Virus record (IMG/VR): IMGVR_UViG_3300036768_000767
Span: 2,341-66,340 of that record
Source: a virus
Reading direction: 5' to 3' (one strand)
DNA: 64,000 bases
Shown here: positions 9,926 to 19,946 of the stretch, one piece after another
Numbering within the stretch: the first letter of the stretch is position 1
How the letters are laid out: every line of letters begins with the position of its first letter
Translations under genes and position numbers: made by a program
The notes under the pieces: model-generated
The model's database searches: none
Told to the model about the DNA's origin: nothing
What the model saw: only the letters and a program-made list of their open reading frames with translations

Positions 9926-11341
9926 GTGGCAACCAAAGCTGAAGAAAGACAGGTACCGATACCGTGGTGGGTCGCCCGGCTAATCGAGGATATGACCCCG
10001 GAGCGGACGTTTGCCGTGACGGGAGCACTCGGCGCTGGGAAGACGACGGGCGCGGCGTACTTCGTAATCGACCGTTGGCTCCTCAACCGCAAATCGCAGT
10101 TCACCTGGTGCGTTGCCCCTACTGCAACGCGCTGTGAACAGATCATCATCCCGGCTCTAAAACAGGTGTTGTTCGACGTCTATGGCATGACCGACGGCGT
10201 CCAATACCGAATCTACCGGGGTAAGTTCTACAAGCTAATCCTGAAGAACTATCAACACGAGATTCACATCCTCTCCGGCGACAACCCTGACGGGTTTGTC
10301 GGCGCGAACATTTCCTGCTTTTGGGTAACAGAACCGGGCCTGATGGAACGGACGGTCTACGAGAAGCTCATGGCGCGGCTGCGGTGCCCGAAGGCCGTGA
10401 TCAGGCAGGCGTTACTCGAAGGTAGTCCCGAAGGAATGTCGGGAAAGGGGGCCTGGTGGGCAGATATCGGGGACCTGCCCGGTGTCGGGTATGACCGCAT
10501 CGACGCGGACAAGAATATCCGCCGCATCATCCTCGAGACCCGGATGAACCGGTGGCTCCAGCCGTCCCCAGAGGTCTATCTCCAGAAGTTGCAGCAGGTC
10601 TACGGCCACGACCCGGCGAGGCTAAAGTCGTATACGCTCGGATTGTTCGTCCCCTTTACAAAATCAACAGCTTACTGGAGTTACGTGGCTAGCCAGCACG
10701 TCGATCGGACCGGTGCAAAACCTGATCCGCAATTGCCGGTCGAGCTGACGTGGGACTTCAACGTGAGCCCGCTCGCGTGGGTGGCTGCGCAGCAGTTCAC
10801 CTACCAACGGGACTATTACTCGCCGAGGACGAAGAAGCTCATTGCCCTTAAAGAGTCGTCCGGGGAGAGTCGCGGGCTGTACGATGCCTGTCTCGAGTTC
10901 CGGGTGTGGTTCCCGGTGGAGCGGTTCCGAAACACGCCGATCAGGGTCTACGGCGACGCTTCGGGTTACGCCCGGTCACACAAGATCGGCCATGACGATT
11001 ACACGGCCATCGAGGAGTACCTACGGGGAACGCTCGGCTACCGGAACGTCGAGGTCCTAGCCGAGCGCGCGAACCCGGAAGTCCGGGTACGGTTGGAGAA
11101 GGTCAACGCCGCTTTGGCGTACGACATGGTTGCCATCTCGCCGGATTGCCCACGGCTCTTGGATGGACTCGTCCGGACGTCGCTGAAGGACGGCACGTAC
11201 CAGATCGAAAAACCCTCCGGAGAGACACATACCCACTACCCTGATGCGCTCGGATACCTCATCGTGGCACTATTCGGAGACCAGGATATTACCAACCCCA
11301 AGGCCCGGGGCAGCACTAGGCCCTTGGGCGGCACACTGTAG
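9926..11341 (+). CDS. terL: Terminase large subunit
   Basis: GALGAGKT Walker A; RNase H-like WDFNVSP, YGDASG, HYPDALGY. Confidence 0.9.
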   Translation: MATKAEERQVPIPWWVARLIEDMTPERTFAVTGALGAGKTTGAAYFVIDRWLLNRKSQFTWCVAPTATRCEQIIIPALKQVLFDVYGMTDGVQYRIYRGKFYKLILKNYQHEIHILSGDNPDGFVGANISCFWVTEPGLMERTVYEKLMARLRCPKAVIRQALLEGSPEGMSGKGAWWADIGDLPGVGYDRIDADKNIRRIILETRMNRWLQPSPEVYLQKLQQVYGHDPARLKSYTLGLFVPFTKSTAYWSYVASQHVDRTGAKPDPQLPVELTWDFNVSPLAWVAAQQFTYQRDYYSPRTKKLIALKESSGESRGLYDACLEFRVWFPVERFRNTPIRVYGDASGYARSHKIGHDDYTAIEEYLRGTLGYRNVEVLAERANPEVRVRLEKVNAALAYDMVAISPDCPRLLDGLVRTSLKDGTYQIEKPSGETHTHYPDALGYLIVALFGDQDITNPKARGSTRPLGGTL

Positions 11342-11347
11342 GAGCCT

Positions 11348-11815
11348 ATGAGCATCGAGATCGTTTCCCCCACCATTACCGTGAGCACAACGCCGGCGTA
11401 CACAGCTGGAGACCTGGTCGGCGGCAAGTTGGACCTTTCAATGGCACTGGGCAAAGGTAACTATTCCGCCGAACTCCAAGGGCTCGTAGTCGTCGAGAAA
11501 GGAATCCAGAAGTCGGCTCTCGACATCGTCTTCTTCAACGCCAATCCATCGGCCACGAGCTTCACCGATAACACCGCCTTCGCCGTCGCCGCTGCCGACG
11601 TGGCTAAAGTCATCGGGATCGTGAGTGTCGCTCAGGCCGACTACATTTCCATCTCGACGACGCTGTCGGTCGCGACGATCAAGAAGTCGTCGTTGCGGAT
11701 GGTGCTCAAAAACGTCGGCTCGACATCGGCCCTCTACGCAGCGGTCATCGCTCGGGGCACGCCGACCTACACGACCACCACAGATCTTTCGATCGCCTTC
11801 ACTATCTGCAAGTAA
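11348..11815 (+). CDS. Putative virion structural protein
   Basis: GGAG RBS; AYTAGDLVGG beta-rich protein between terL and portal. Confidence 0.65.
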   Translation: MSIEIVSPTITVSTTPAYTAGDLVGGKLDLSMALGKGNYSAELQGLVVVEKGIQKSALDIVFFNANPSATSFTDNTAFAVAAADVAKVIGIVSVAQADYISISTTLSVATIKKSSLRMVLKNVGSTSALYAAVIARGTPTYTTTTDLSIAFTICK

Positions 11816-11829
11816 CCGGCGGGGATTGA

Positions 11830-13431
11830 GTGGCTGACCAAATCAAGCTCTACGAACACCCTGAGTACAAGGAACGCGAGCCCGAGTTCCGGAAGCATCG
11901 CGACCTGTACGAGTGTAAGCACGCCGTGCTCTCGCTCTTCCAATACCTCTGGCCGCACGAGCTCGAGCTCTCCGAGCAACCAATCAAGACACAACTTGCC
12001 ACGGGTGACGTCGTGGACACCATGGATACGGTCGGCTCGAAGCTCCGGCGTGTCCGTGTATCACGGACCAGGTTTCTCCCGATCGCAGAGAGTATCGTTT
12101 CCATGTGGGTGTCTTTCCTCTTTGGGAAGGACAACGCGATTGTACTCAACGACGAGGCGAAGGAGATGCTCGGCGAGGAGCTGGAGAAGGATATCGATGG
12201 TGAGGGCACCGACTTCGCGACATTCGTGAAGTGGCACGTTGCGCCGAACTACTTCCTATACGGGAAACCCATCATCCTCGTCGACGCCCCGTCGCTCGAA
12301 GGGATCGCGACCGAGGCTGAGAAGAAGGCTTCCGGCTGGCGGCCGAGGATGGAGGTGCTCGATAACCTCGACGTCAAGGACTGGCAGCTCATCCAGTTCG
12401 GAAAGGACAAGGGGAAGTACCAGTTCATCCGGTACGAGTACCAAGAAATCCAAGACCGCAGAAGCTCACGCGAAGAGCCGGTGGTGCTCACGAAGAGCCG
12501 AGAATTGTCAGTCTTGGACGGCGTACTCACCTCGACGACGTACCGGCTCGAAGCCGACTCAAATGACCCGAGCGGTAAGGTTGGCTGGAGGCTCGACGGC
12601 CTGCCGGTCCAGCAGCCGGGCCTGACGGCCGTTCCGGTCTCCACCGTCAAGAAGAACGAGCCGTGGCTCTGTTCCATCGCGGACATGATCTTGGTTGCCT
12701 ACAATCTCATGTCGGCCCATTGGAACGGGCTAAACAGTCAGGCGTTTCAGCGGATATTCATCTCCGGTAAGCTCGGCGATAAGCACACTATCTCCCTGTC
12801 GGAGTACGCCGTTGCGATCCTGCCTGAAGGGGCGCAGGTCAATGTCATCGACCCAACCAACCCCGCTGCGCTCGAGAAGGCGATCAACGCCGTCATCGAC
12901 TACATATACCGAATGGCGTTCAACCGGACGCGCACGCTATCCACGAACTCGAACGAGGCCCCGGCAGCCGACACGCTTCGCGAAATGCGAGAGGAGATGC
13001 TCATACTGCTCAAAAGCGCGGCCAGTGAGATCGAGAACCTACTCAACCAGGCTCTCAAGTACTTCGCACTCTTCAAACTTGGGCCCGAGGCCGGCGCGAA
13101 GTTCAACGGCAAGGTGACGCTGAACAAGGACCTCACCATCGAGGACTTCCAGAAGCAGCTCGACATCTGGGCCATCGCGCGGGACGACATCAAAAGAGTG
13201 TTCTCCTGGTACAAGGCGTTTCTTAAGAAGCTCGCCGAGGAGCAGAAATTCTCCGAGGATGAGGAGAAGGAGATTCTGGACGAGATCACGAAGATGAAGC
13301 CCGAGCCGAAGCCGGATCCTCTGGCGGGCTTCGGGCCGTTTCTGAGCAACGGCGATGGCGGACGAGAAGGAACTGGACAGGTTGACACGGGAGGCCCGAA
13401 GCCGGACCAAGGCGGGGGAGGCGGAGGTTGA
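11830..13431 (+). CDS. Portal protein
   Basis: Size and position; HPEY N-terminus, DIDGEG, YGKPIILVD as in SPP1/DUF4055-type portals. Confidence 0.85.
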   Translation: MADQIKLYEHPEYKEREPEFRKHRDLYECKHAVLSLFQYLWPHELELSEQPIKTQLATGDVVDTMDTVGSKLRRVRVSRTRFLPIAESIVSMWVSFLFGKDNAIVLNDEAKEMLGEELEKDIDGEGTDFATFVKWHVAPNYFLYGKPIILVDAPSLEGIATEAEKKASGWRPRMEVLDNLDVKDWQLIQFGKDKGKYQFIRYEYQEIQDRRSSREEPVVLTKSRELSVLDGVLTSTTYRLEADSNDPSGKVGWRLDGLPVQQPGLTAVPVSTVKKNEPWLCSIADMILVAYNLMSAHWNGLNSQAFQRIFISGKLGDKHTISLSEYAVAILPEGAQVNVIDPTNPAALEKAINAVIDYIYRMAFNRTRTLSTNSNEAPAADTLREMREEMLILLKSAASEIENLLNQALKYFALFKLGPEAGAKFNGKVTLNKDLTIEDFQKQLDIWAIARDDIKRVFSWYKAFLKKLAEEQKFSEDEEKEILDEITKMKPEPKPDPLAGFGPFLSNGDGGREGTGQVDTGGPKPDQGGGGGG

Positions 13432-14155
13432 ATCCCTCGTCGCGTCTCTGGAGCGGTTCCTGCGACGTAATCTTTCGAGGATCCTCAACCATCTGAAGAG
13501 AGGTAGCCTCACGGCGAAAGAGGCAGCGAAGGCCCTGGGCGGCCTCAAGTCCGCTATGGAGGAGGAGGGCCTCGGGAGGTACTTCGACCGCGCCCGGGCC
13601 CTCGTCCAGGAGGAGTACGCGGCCGTGCAGGCGGAGTTCGAGCAGACCACGGGCAAGAAGGCGCTCCTGTCCGAGTTTACGCGGAAGAGCCTCGACGCCC
13701 TGCGGGATACCCGGCTCAACCTAGCCTCGACGTACGTGGATGACTACCTGGGGGACGTGCGCTCAGCGGTGCTGGACGCGGTCGTGGGCGGGCGGGAGAT
13801 CGAGCCCGAGGACATTCTCGACTCAGCAACTGGCCGAACGCTGGCAAATCTGCAGACCGAACTCAACACGACCCGCATGGCCTACCAGCGGGTCATCCAC
13901 TTCGAGAAGGCGAAGAAGGCGGGTATCGACAAGTTCCTGTACGTCGGCCCGGATGATCAGATCACCCGCGACTTCTGTAAGGAGCACGTCGGGAAGGTCT
14001 ACACCCGCGATGAGATAGCCGAGATGGACAACGGACAGAATCTTCCGGTCGAGATCTACTGCGGTGGGTATAACTGCCGACACCACTGGCGCCCAGTGTC
14101 GGACGAACTAGCGGCAGAGTTACAGCAGGGGGGCGATGGGACTAAAGAAGACTGA
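13355..14155 (+). CDS. Minor head morphogenesis protein (Mu gpF/SPP1 gp7-like)
   Basis: YVGPDD..TRDFC...GGYNCRH motif after the portal. Confidence 0.85.
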   Translation: MADEKELDRLTREARSRTKAGEAEVESLVASLERFLRRNLSRILNHLKRGSLTAKEAAKALGGLKSAMEEEGLGRYFDRARALVQEEYAAVQAEFEQTTGKKALLSEFTRKSLDALRDTRLNLASTYVDDYLGDVRSAVLDAVVGGREIEPEDILDSATGRTLANLQTELNTTRMAYQRVIHFEKAKKAGIDKFLYVGPDDQITRDFCKEHVGKVYTRDEIAEMDNGQNLPVEIYCGGYNCRHHWRPVSDELAAELQQGGDGTKED

Positions 14156-14387
14156 CCTCTGGATCCTTCCCGTCTCCAAGACTCCCGAGGATAATGTCTG
14201 GGTGGTCATCGCCGAGTCTCGCATGAAGGACCGAAATCTCCGGAAGATTCGGGTCTTCACCACCGAGCCAACCGACGCGTTCGTCGAGCACTTCCGCCGG
14301 GCCCTCGGGGACGACGCCACGGCAATCGTGATAGAGACGGCGCCCGACCACTTCGACGCCGACGAGATCGATACCGTCGCCTGCTGA
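14136..14387 (+). CDS. Hypothetical protein
   Basis: Coupled ORF in head operon. Confidence 0.55.
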   Translation: MGLKKTDLWILPVSKTPEDNVWVVIAESRMKDRNLRKIRVFTTEPTDAFVEHFRRALGDDATAIVIETAPDHFDADEIDTVAC

Positions 14388-14390
14388 GAC

Positions 14391-14425
14391 CCCCCTACCA
14401 TACCGATCCGCACCTGCCCGACAAT
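14391..14425 (+). promoter_or_regulatory. Putative late promoter CCCCCTACCAnACCGAT-N11-CGAyAAT (copy 1)
   Basis: Same motif and spacing at 32183-32217; both intergenic upstream of + strand structural genes. Confidence 0.6.
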
Positions 14426-14431
14426 TCCCAT

Positions 14432-14917
14432 GTGGCCATCGAAGTCAAGAATGCCGAGGTGATCGTTCGCGCCGTGCGAGAGAAGCTCGAGCGGATGAAA
14501 GCCAAGCTGGAACCGGTCCTTCAGGACGAGGTGACCCGCATGGTTCTTCGCACCCGGCAGGGACGAGACGTGAACGGGCAACCGTTTGCGCCGTACACCC
14601 CCGCTTACAACGCGTTCAAGGCTTCGCACAAGAGCGGGGTCAAGACCCGCACGGGGAAGCCCGGGAAGAAAGCCAAGCAGGTTAAGGGGGCGTTTTCGGC
14701 TATCCCGCAGACGCCTGATCTGACGTTGTCGGGAAACATGCTGGCGGCCATCACCATCGAGGTTCGAGACGAGGGTAACACGACAATGGGTCGAGTCTTC
14801 TTCAACTCAGCTCTGGAGGCCGCAAAGGCGCGGGGCAACATGGAGAAGCGCGACTTCTTTGGATTCTCGAATGACCAGGTGGTGCGGATCAAGCGAAGGT
14901 TGACTGAAAATACATGA
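14432..14917 (+). CDS. Virion morphogenesis protein (Mu gpG-like neck)
   Basis: RTRQGRDVNGQPFAPY..Y, LTLSGNML, RDFFGFS. Confidence 0.75.
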   Translation: MAIEVKNAEVIVRAVREKLERMKAKLEPVLQDEVTRMVLRTRQGRDVNGQPFAPYTPAYNAFKASHKSGVKTRTGKPGKKAKQVKGAFSAIPQTPDLTLSGNMLAAITIEVRDEGNTTMGRVFFNSALEAAKARGNMEKRDFFGFSNDQVVRIKRRLTENT

Positions 14918-15705
14918 CGACTCAAGCAGGAGAAGAAACGGGAGTGGATCGGCAGCAGGCGGGCGAGAAGCCCCAGGCGTCTGAAGGGCAGAACGAGCTA
15001 AACGTGCTCGCGCTCACCACTCAGCTCAAGAACGAGAAGGAGGCCCGTCGCGCTGCTCAAGGGCGGCTTGCCGACATGGAGGCAAAGCTCCAGGCATTCG
15101 AGGGGATCGACCCGGCGGCGATCCGCGAGATCATCGCGGAGAAGGAGCGGCTCGCCGAGGAGATGCGCAAGAAAGACCCAGCGAAACTCGAGGAGCACTT
15201 CAAGGCTGAGAAGCAGCGGCTGATAGACACTTACGAGTCGAAGCTCAAGGCAGCCCTCGAGGAGAACGCCAAGCTCAAGGCCCAGAACAAGTCGCTCACT
15301 GTCACCGACAAGGTGATGGCGTCGATCGGCAAGTATTTCAATGACGACGTCCTCGATATCGTAAAGACGGTCGTCGAACGGCACTGCGACCTGGATGAGG
15401 CCGGGCAGATCGTCATCCGGGACGAGAACGGTGAAGAGATGCCCAGCCCGAAGAACCGCATGCTCCCGATCTCGATCGAGGAGTTTGGGCAGTGGCTAGT
15501 CGAAAAGCGGCCATCGCTCGCGAAGCCTATCGGCATGGGCGGGACGGCGAGCGCGAGTCAGGGCGAGCGGGCGAAGCGTGGTGCGAACGGACGGATCCCG
15601 GCGACGTATGCCGAACTCCAAGCGATGCCGAACGCCAAAGAGATTTGGGCGAACCTCTCATACGAGGAAAAGTCGAAGCTCGCGAGCACGATGCGATTTG
15701 GGTAA
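14914..15705 (+). CDS. Capsid scaffolding protein
   Basis: Coiled-coil, charged; upstream of capsid genes. Confidence 0.75.
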   Translation: MTTQAGEETGVDRQQAGEKPQASEGQNELNVLALTTQLKNEKEARRAAQGRLADMEAKLQAFEGIDPAAIREIIAEKERLAEEMRKKDPAKLEEHFKAEKQRLIDTYESKLKAALEENAKLKAQNKSLTVTDKVMASIGKYFNDDVLDIVKTVVERHCDLDEAGQIVIRDENGEEMPSPKNRMLPISIEEFGQWLVEKRPSLAKPIGMGGTASASQGERAKRGANGRIPATYAELQAMPNAKEIWANLSYEEKSKLASTMRFG

Positions 15706-15726
15706 CCGATAGGGAGAACAAATTTT

Positions 15727-16137
15727 ATGCAGAAGCAAAGAGAAGCGATTGAAGTATTTCCAGATGGTGGCGGGCATAACGGCGGTGCCGTGTATCGACC
15801 GTACAAGGTCAAGACGACCGACGCCACGGCGACGGTGATTTTCGAGATCCGACTGGCCGAAGGTGAGACGGTCCTTATCGACGGTGCCGTTCACGGCAGT
15901 CAGTCGGACGCCTCGAATGGTCTCTTCCGCCCGATCACGTGCGGGTTCAAGCGGGCGGTCGGCGGAAACGTCACATCGATCGGCACGGCCTCAGGCGCGG
16001 ATGTCGAAGACGATGTGGGCACACCGGCGGTGACGGTCGCAGCCGACACCGTGAATCAGAAGGCCCAAGTGAAGGTCACCGGCATCGCAGGCGAGACCTG
16101 GAAGTGGACAGCGCTACTCACGTACGTAAAGCACTAG
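15727..16137 (+). CDS. Putative head decoration protein
   Basis: TTDATAT..VTGIAGETWKW beta-rich; between scaffold and MCP. Confidence 0.55.
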   Translation: MQKQREAIEVFPDGGGHNGGAVYRPYKVKTTDATATVIFEIRLAEGETVLIDGAVHGSQSDASNGLFRPITCGFKRAVGGNVTSIGTASGADVEDDVGTPAVTVAADTVNQKAQVKVTGIAGETWKWTALLTYVKH

Positions 16138-16150
16138 GAGGTGTGGGGTG

Positions 16151-16399
16151 ATGGAAGAAAAGCAGAAGAAGCTCGTCGAGTCAGTCCATCCATACCCGGG
16201 CAACGACCGCGTGCGGGTCAAGTTTGCGGACGGCAACATCGCGTTCTACCGCGGCGAGGCGTTCCAGAATGCCTGCGAGTGGTTCGAGTTTCCGGAGGGT
16301 GGGGAAGCTTCCACACCCGTCGAGCCAGCGCCTGATACGCCGGTAACGGAGACCGCGCCAGCAGTCGAACCAGCGGTCCCCCAGACGCCCGGGGAGTAG
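16151..16399 (+). CDS. Hypothetical protein
   Basis: AGGAGG RBS; Pro-rich tail. Confidence 0.55.
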   Translation: MEEKQKKLVESVHPYPGNDRVRVKFADGNIAFYRGEAFQNACEWFEFPEGGEASTPVEPAPDTPVTETAPAVEPAVPQTPGE

Positions 16400-16477
16400 T
16401 AGGGCGGACAGATTTAAGCAGTTCGTCTAGCCCGCGGGGTAATGGAGCCTCGCGGATAGTTTAAGGGATTTAAAGCC

Positions 16478-17353
16478 ATGGGAGCCGTACCTTACGTTAC
16501 CGAGTTTGGTAACACCATCAACCCGTCCGAGGTACTCTCGGACCTCATTAGCCCACCCTTCGTGAAGAAGGTCATTGCGCCGAACCTGATCCACGCAGAG
16601 GATCTCCCGGTTCGCACGATGACCAAGAAACACATCAAGGACACAGCACTCTCCGGCACGCTGGCCGCGATCGCGGAGAGTAACCCGGTCGCGCTCGCAG
16701 CCGCCGGCGAGTATGCCCAGACCTCGGTCACCTCGACCATCGCCAAGATCGCGATCGCGTCAGGTGTGTCGATCGAGCAACTCCAGTTCGGGTCAGTTGA
16801 CGCGAACAGCATTGCCGAGAAGCAGGCAAATCTGCTCTCGCGTGCAGTAGATGATGACTTCCTGTCGCTCTTCGGCGGGCTATCTTCGACGGTGACCGCG
16901 GCGAGCGTGCTGACGGTCGAGGACCTCTACGCGGCTCAGTACGCGATCTTCGCGGCTGAGTGCCCGAACCAGGAGGTAGATCTCGCGGTGGTGCTCAACC
17001 ACAAGGCGCTTCTGAACCTCAAGAAGGAGCAGATCAACTCCGGTGCGTCTGCCTACACGAACCAGCAGTACCTGAGCATCCTGCAGGGCAAGCCGCAGGC
17101 GAACCGGTTCGTAGGAACGCTCCCGGGCTTCCAGATCTACTCGACCTCGGGCCACACCACGAGCGGCGGTGACAACATCCAGGCGGTGTTCCACCCGATG
17201 TGGTGCTTCGCCGGCAGCTTTGCGCCGAAGCCTTCCGTGATGGTGAACAACAAGGGCACCGAGGGCCTCTACCAAGAGGTTGTCTCGTGGTTCTTCTATG
17301 ACATCGTCGAGTGGAATGACGCCGCCGGTGTTGCGCTGCTTAGCGACAGCTAA
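16478..17353 (+). CDS. Major capsid protein (HK97 fold)
   Basis: 291 aa after scaffold; LSRAVDDDFLSLF helix, VVLNHK, GTLPGFQIY; followed by terminator. Confidence 0.85.
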   Translation: MGAVPYVTEFGNTINPSEVLSDLISPPFVKKVIAPNLIHAEDLPVRTMTKKHIKDTALSGTLAAIAESNPVALAAAGEYAQTSVTSTIAKIAIASGVSIEQLQFGSVDANSIAEKQANLLSRAVDDDFLSLFGGLSSTVTAASVLTVEDLYAAQYAIFAAECPNQEVDLAVVLNHKALLNLKKEQINSGASAYTNQQYLSILQGKPQANRFVGTLPGFQIYSTSGHTTSGGDNIQAVFHPMWCFAGSFAPKPSVMVNNKGTEGLYQEVVSWFFYDIVEWNDAAGVALLSDS

Positions 17354-17374
17354 TCGGTAGTCGATGTTTGAAGC

Positions 17375-17408
17375 GGAGGGGCGGGGTTCTCCTGCCCCTC
17401 CTGGTTTT
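17375..17408 (+). terminator. Rho-independent terminator after MCP
   Basis: GGAGGGGCGGG/CCTGCCCCTCC stem then GGTTTT. Confidence 0.65.
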
Positions 17409-17427
17409 ATCCAAGGATCCCCATCGA

Positions 17428-17955
17428 ATGAACGTGAAATACAACCGCAAAGAACAAATCTTCCAGACCCGCGTTCCGCCCACGTCCGAGGAGACGCTCA
17501 AGTATTTGAAGGGCTTCCGCCCACCGAACCACGCCTACATCCTGTTCGAGAAGCAGGAATTCAAGATCGTCGGCGACGGGGAGTACGAGTACGGCACTGG
17601 CCTCTTCACCCTGAACGTCGAGCACCGGCCCGAGCAGCAGACCAAAATCGACCAGTACCTCAGGAAGGGTTTCAAAGTTCTCCACTACGACAATTTCCCC
17701 GGCGTGCACCAGAAGAGCTCCGTCCGCATGGCCAAGGCCAAGTTATATTCCGGCGAGAGTCAGCAGAACCCGTGGGAGGAGCTCGATGTTTTTCTCAAGG
17801 CATCGATCGAGAACAACCCGCACTGGCGGAGCGAGCTAGCGGCGAAGGAGAGCAAGATCGCCATGCTCGAGCAGCGCCTAGCGGAAGCGGAGAAACGGCT
17901 CAAGAAGTCAGACAAGTCAGACGGTAAAGACAAGGGCCAGGAGGCCGCACAGTAA
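17428..17955 (+). CDS. Hypothetical protein
   Basis: Phage-like codon usage, C-terminal coiled coil, TAATG coupling to next gene. Confidence 0.65.
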   Translation: MNVKYNRKEQIFQTRVPPTSEETLKYLKGFRPPNHAYILFEKQEFKIVGDGEYEYGTGLFTLNVEHRPEQQTKIDQYLRKGFKVLHYDNFPGVHQKSSVRMAKAKLYSGESQQNPWEELDVFLKASIENNPHWRSELAAKESKIAMLEQRLAEAEKRLKKSDKSDGKDKGQEAAQ

Positions 17956-18314
17956 TGGCTGTATTCATCAGAAAAGAGCGGCTAGGCTCGGGCTCGCCAC
18001 CAGATAGGGTGCGGGTCATCCGGGGTCAGAGCTTCTCAAGTCTTCCGAGCTTCCAGAAACTTCAACAGGAGTACGCCGAGGCCGCGGCGGAGAAAGCCGC
18101 CGAGCGGAAGGAGAAGTGGGAGTCGAACGCTGAGGTGCAACGGCGCCGGCGGATGACGCAGGAGGAACGGTCCCGCGGCGCCATCGAGAAGGTGGCGAAG
18201 AATCTGAAAGAGTACGCCGACCAGAAGGCCGGGCGCGACACGTCGTACGACGAGGCGCGGAAGAAGGCCGAGAAGATCGCGTATAAGCAGGATCGGCAGA
18301 AGAAAGGGGAGTGA
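17955..18314 (+). CDS. Hypothetical charged helical protein
   Basis: Coupled ORF; C-terminus resembles 18817..19008. Confidence 0.65.
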   Translation: MAVFIRKERLGSGSPPDRVRVIRGQSFSSLPSFQKLQQEYAEAAAEKAAERKEKWESNAEVQRRRRMTQEERSRGAIEKVAKNLKEYADQKAGRDTSYDEARKKAEKIAYKQDRQKKGE

Positions 18315-18490
18315 TGTACTGGGAGCCGTACACTGGTAACAGCACGGTTGGTCCGATGACGACGGGTAACGACGCGAAACCTCTGACGTTCGACGAGGTG
18401 AAGCTCGAGGAGATGCAGAAGAAGTGGGTCGAGCTTCGGCAAAAGACCGTGATGTTGACGCCTCCCCCAACCCTGACGGTTTGGTGCTGA

Positions 18491-18820
18491 GTGGACGAGG
18501 CTCGTTACTGTCGGGAGGTGTGTGGGGGAGCGTGCTGCAGGTTACATCTCCCCGATGAGGGCATCATCCATTGCCCGAGGCTGAACGCCGACAACTCCTG
18601 TAGCTGTTACACGGAGCGCTACGGCGGTGACGATGTGCCAGACCTCGTGGTGGTTGGGTACTGGCAGTCCCGGAAGTACAAGACGCTCGACAACACGCCA
18701 GCGGTCCGACCGTTCTGGTGTGGGAAGGTCGAGCAGGTCTATGCCCGGGGCGGGCTGTCGAAGGAAGTGGCTGACCGCTGTTGCGTGATCCACCCAGAGT
18801 TACTCGAGGAGAAGGTATGA
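18491..18820 (+). CDS. Cys-cluster protein (CxxxCxxxCC, YkgJ-like)
   Basis: CREVCGGACC..CPRL..NSCSCY.ER. Confidence 0.65.
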   Translation: MDEARYCREVCGGACCRLHLPDEGIIHCPRLNADNSCSCYTERYGGDDVPDLVVVGYWQSRKYKTLDNTPAVRPFWCGKVEQVYARGGLSKEVADRCCVIHPELLEEKV

Positions 18821-19008
18821 AGTTTGACGTGAAGTTCGAGAAGCAAAAAGGGATGAAAGAAGCCGATGTCCGCGAATCGATCGCTCGGGCCGCCGCCCGT
18901 GCTCGCGACGTTGCCGCCCAACAGGGTAAGGGCGACGTCTCGCAGGAGTCGCTCAGGCGGGAGATGGAGAAGTACGCCGAGAAAGACCGGCGGGAAGGGA
19001 GGATTTAG
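18817..19008 (+). CDS. Hypothetical protein
   Basis: ATGA overlap, GGAG RBS. Confidence 0.6.
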   Translation: MKFDVKFEKQKGMKEADVRESIARAAARARDVAAQQGKGDVSQESLRREMEKYAEKDRREGRI

Positions 19009-19010
19009 TA

Positions 19011-19211
19011 ATGGTCTACAAATCACCGTTTCGGAACGAACACATCGAGCTCTACCTCCAGGGGAAGCTCGACGAGATCCCAGCTGAGTCACTGCCGTAC
19101 GCGAAAGCGGCAGCCGAGGCGCGCGTGGGTGCCAAACCCCAGTCCATCGATCTACCGGCTGATGCCTCAGAAGAACAGGAACCGTTTGCAGCGCTCGATG
19201 AGGAGAAGTGA
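19011..19211 (+). CDS. Hypothetical protein
   Basis: GGAGG RBS; coupled to next gene. Confidence 0.55.
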   Translation: MVYKSPFRNEHIELYLQGKLDEIPAESLPYAKAAAEARVGAKPQSIDLPADASEEQEPFAALDEEK

Positions 19212-19942
19212 CCTACCCGTTCGGCCAGTCATTCACCGCCTGGTTCTTTCCCCTAGTCGACGACCAGACGCCGGCGGGTTTGCTCACTTCGAGTAACCTC
19301 GTCGCCATCTATGTGTTCGACCAGATGCCTAGCCGCAACGCCGCGGCGAACGGCACGGGGGCGGTGCAAACCATCACCTCCTGGACGTGGGACGCCTCGA
19401 AGAACGGGTTCTCATACTCGATTGCGGCGATCAGCGACCCGGACCCGACGTCGACCACGCCGGTGAGGACGTACTGGCGGGCGATCAATTTCCGGCTTCA
19501 AGCTTCACAGCAGGTTCAAACGGTGCTCCAGTCGTTCGACCTGGAGCGGGTCACAGGACCGGCATTCACAATCGAAGTCAGTGATAGCGACCTTGCTGCT
19601 TACTTCCCGCAGGTCACGAGTTACTCATCCGCCGCGCAGCGGCTGGCGTACGTCGCTCAGGCAAAAGAGGAAGTCCGAGCACGGCTCAGAGTCAAGGGCT
19701 TTCAGTGGGCGAAGATCCACCGGGCCGACCGACTCGACATGGCGGTCACGTTCAAAGCCCTCTCGATGCTCATGCTGGCCCAGGTGCAGCAGCCAGGTGA
19801 CAAGTTTGCGATGAAGTATACTGAATTTAAGTCGATGTACGAGAACGCGCTGGAGAGTATCCAGTTCGAGTATGACGCGGACGGCAACGGACAACCGGAA
19901 ACCGAGGGGAATGTTCCGTCGGGGCTATGGGTGATCAGGTAA
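19208..19942 (+). CDS. Putative head-tail adaptor
   Basis: Position; helical C-terminal half with YDADGNG. Confidence 0.6.
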   Translation: MTYPFGQSFTAWFFPLVDDQTPAGLLTSSNLVAIYVFDQMPSRNAAANGTGAVQTITSWTWDASKNGFSYSIAAISDPDPTSTTPVRTYWRAINFRLQASQQVQTVLQSFDLERVTGPAFTIEVSDSDLAAYFPQVTSYSSAAQRLAYVAQAKEEVRARLRVKGFQWAKIHRADRLDMAVTFKALSMLMLAQVQQPGDKFAMKYTEFKSMYENALESIQFEYDADGNGQPETEGNVPSGLWVIR

Positions 19943-19946
19943 CGGT

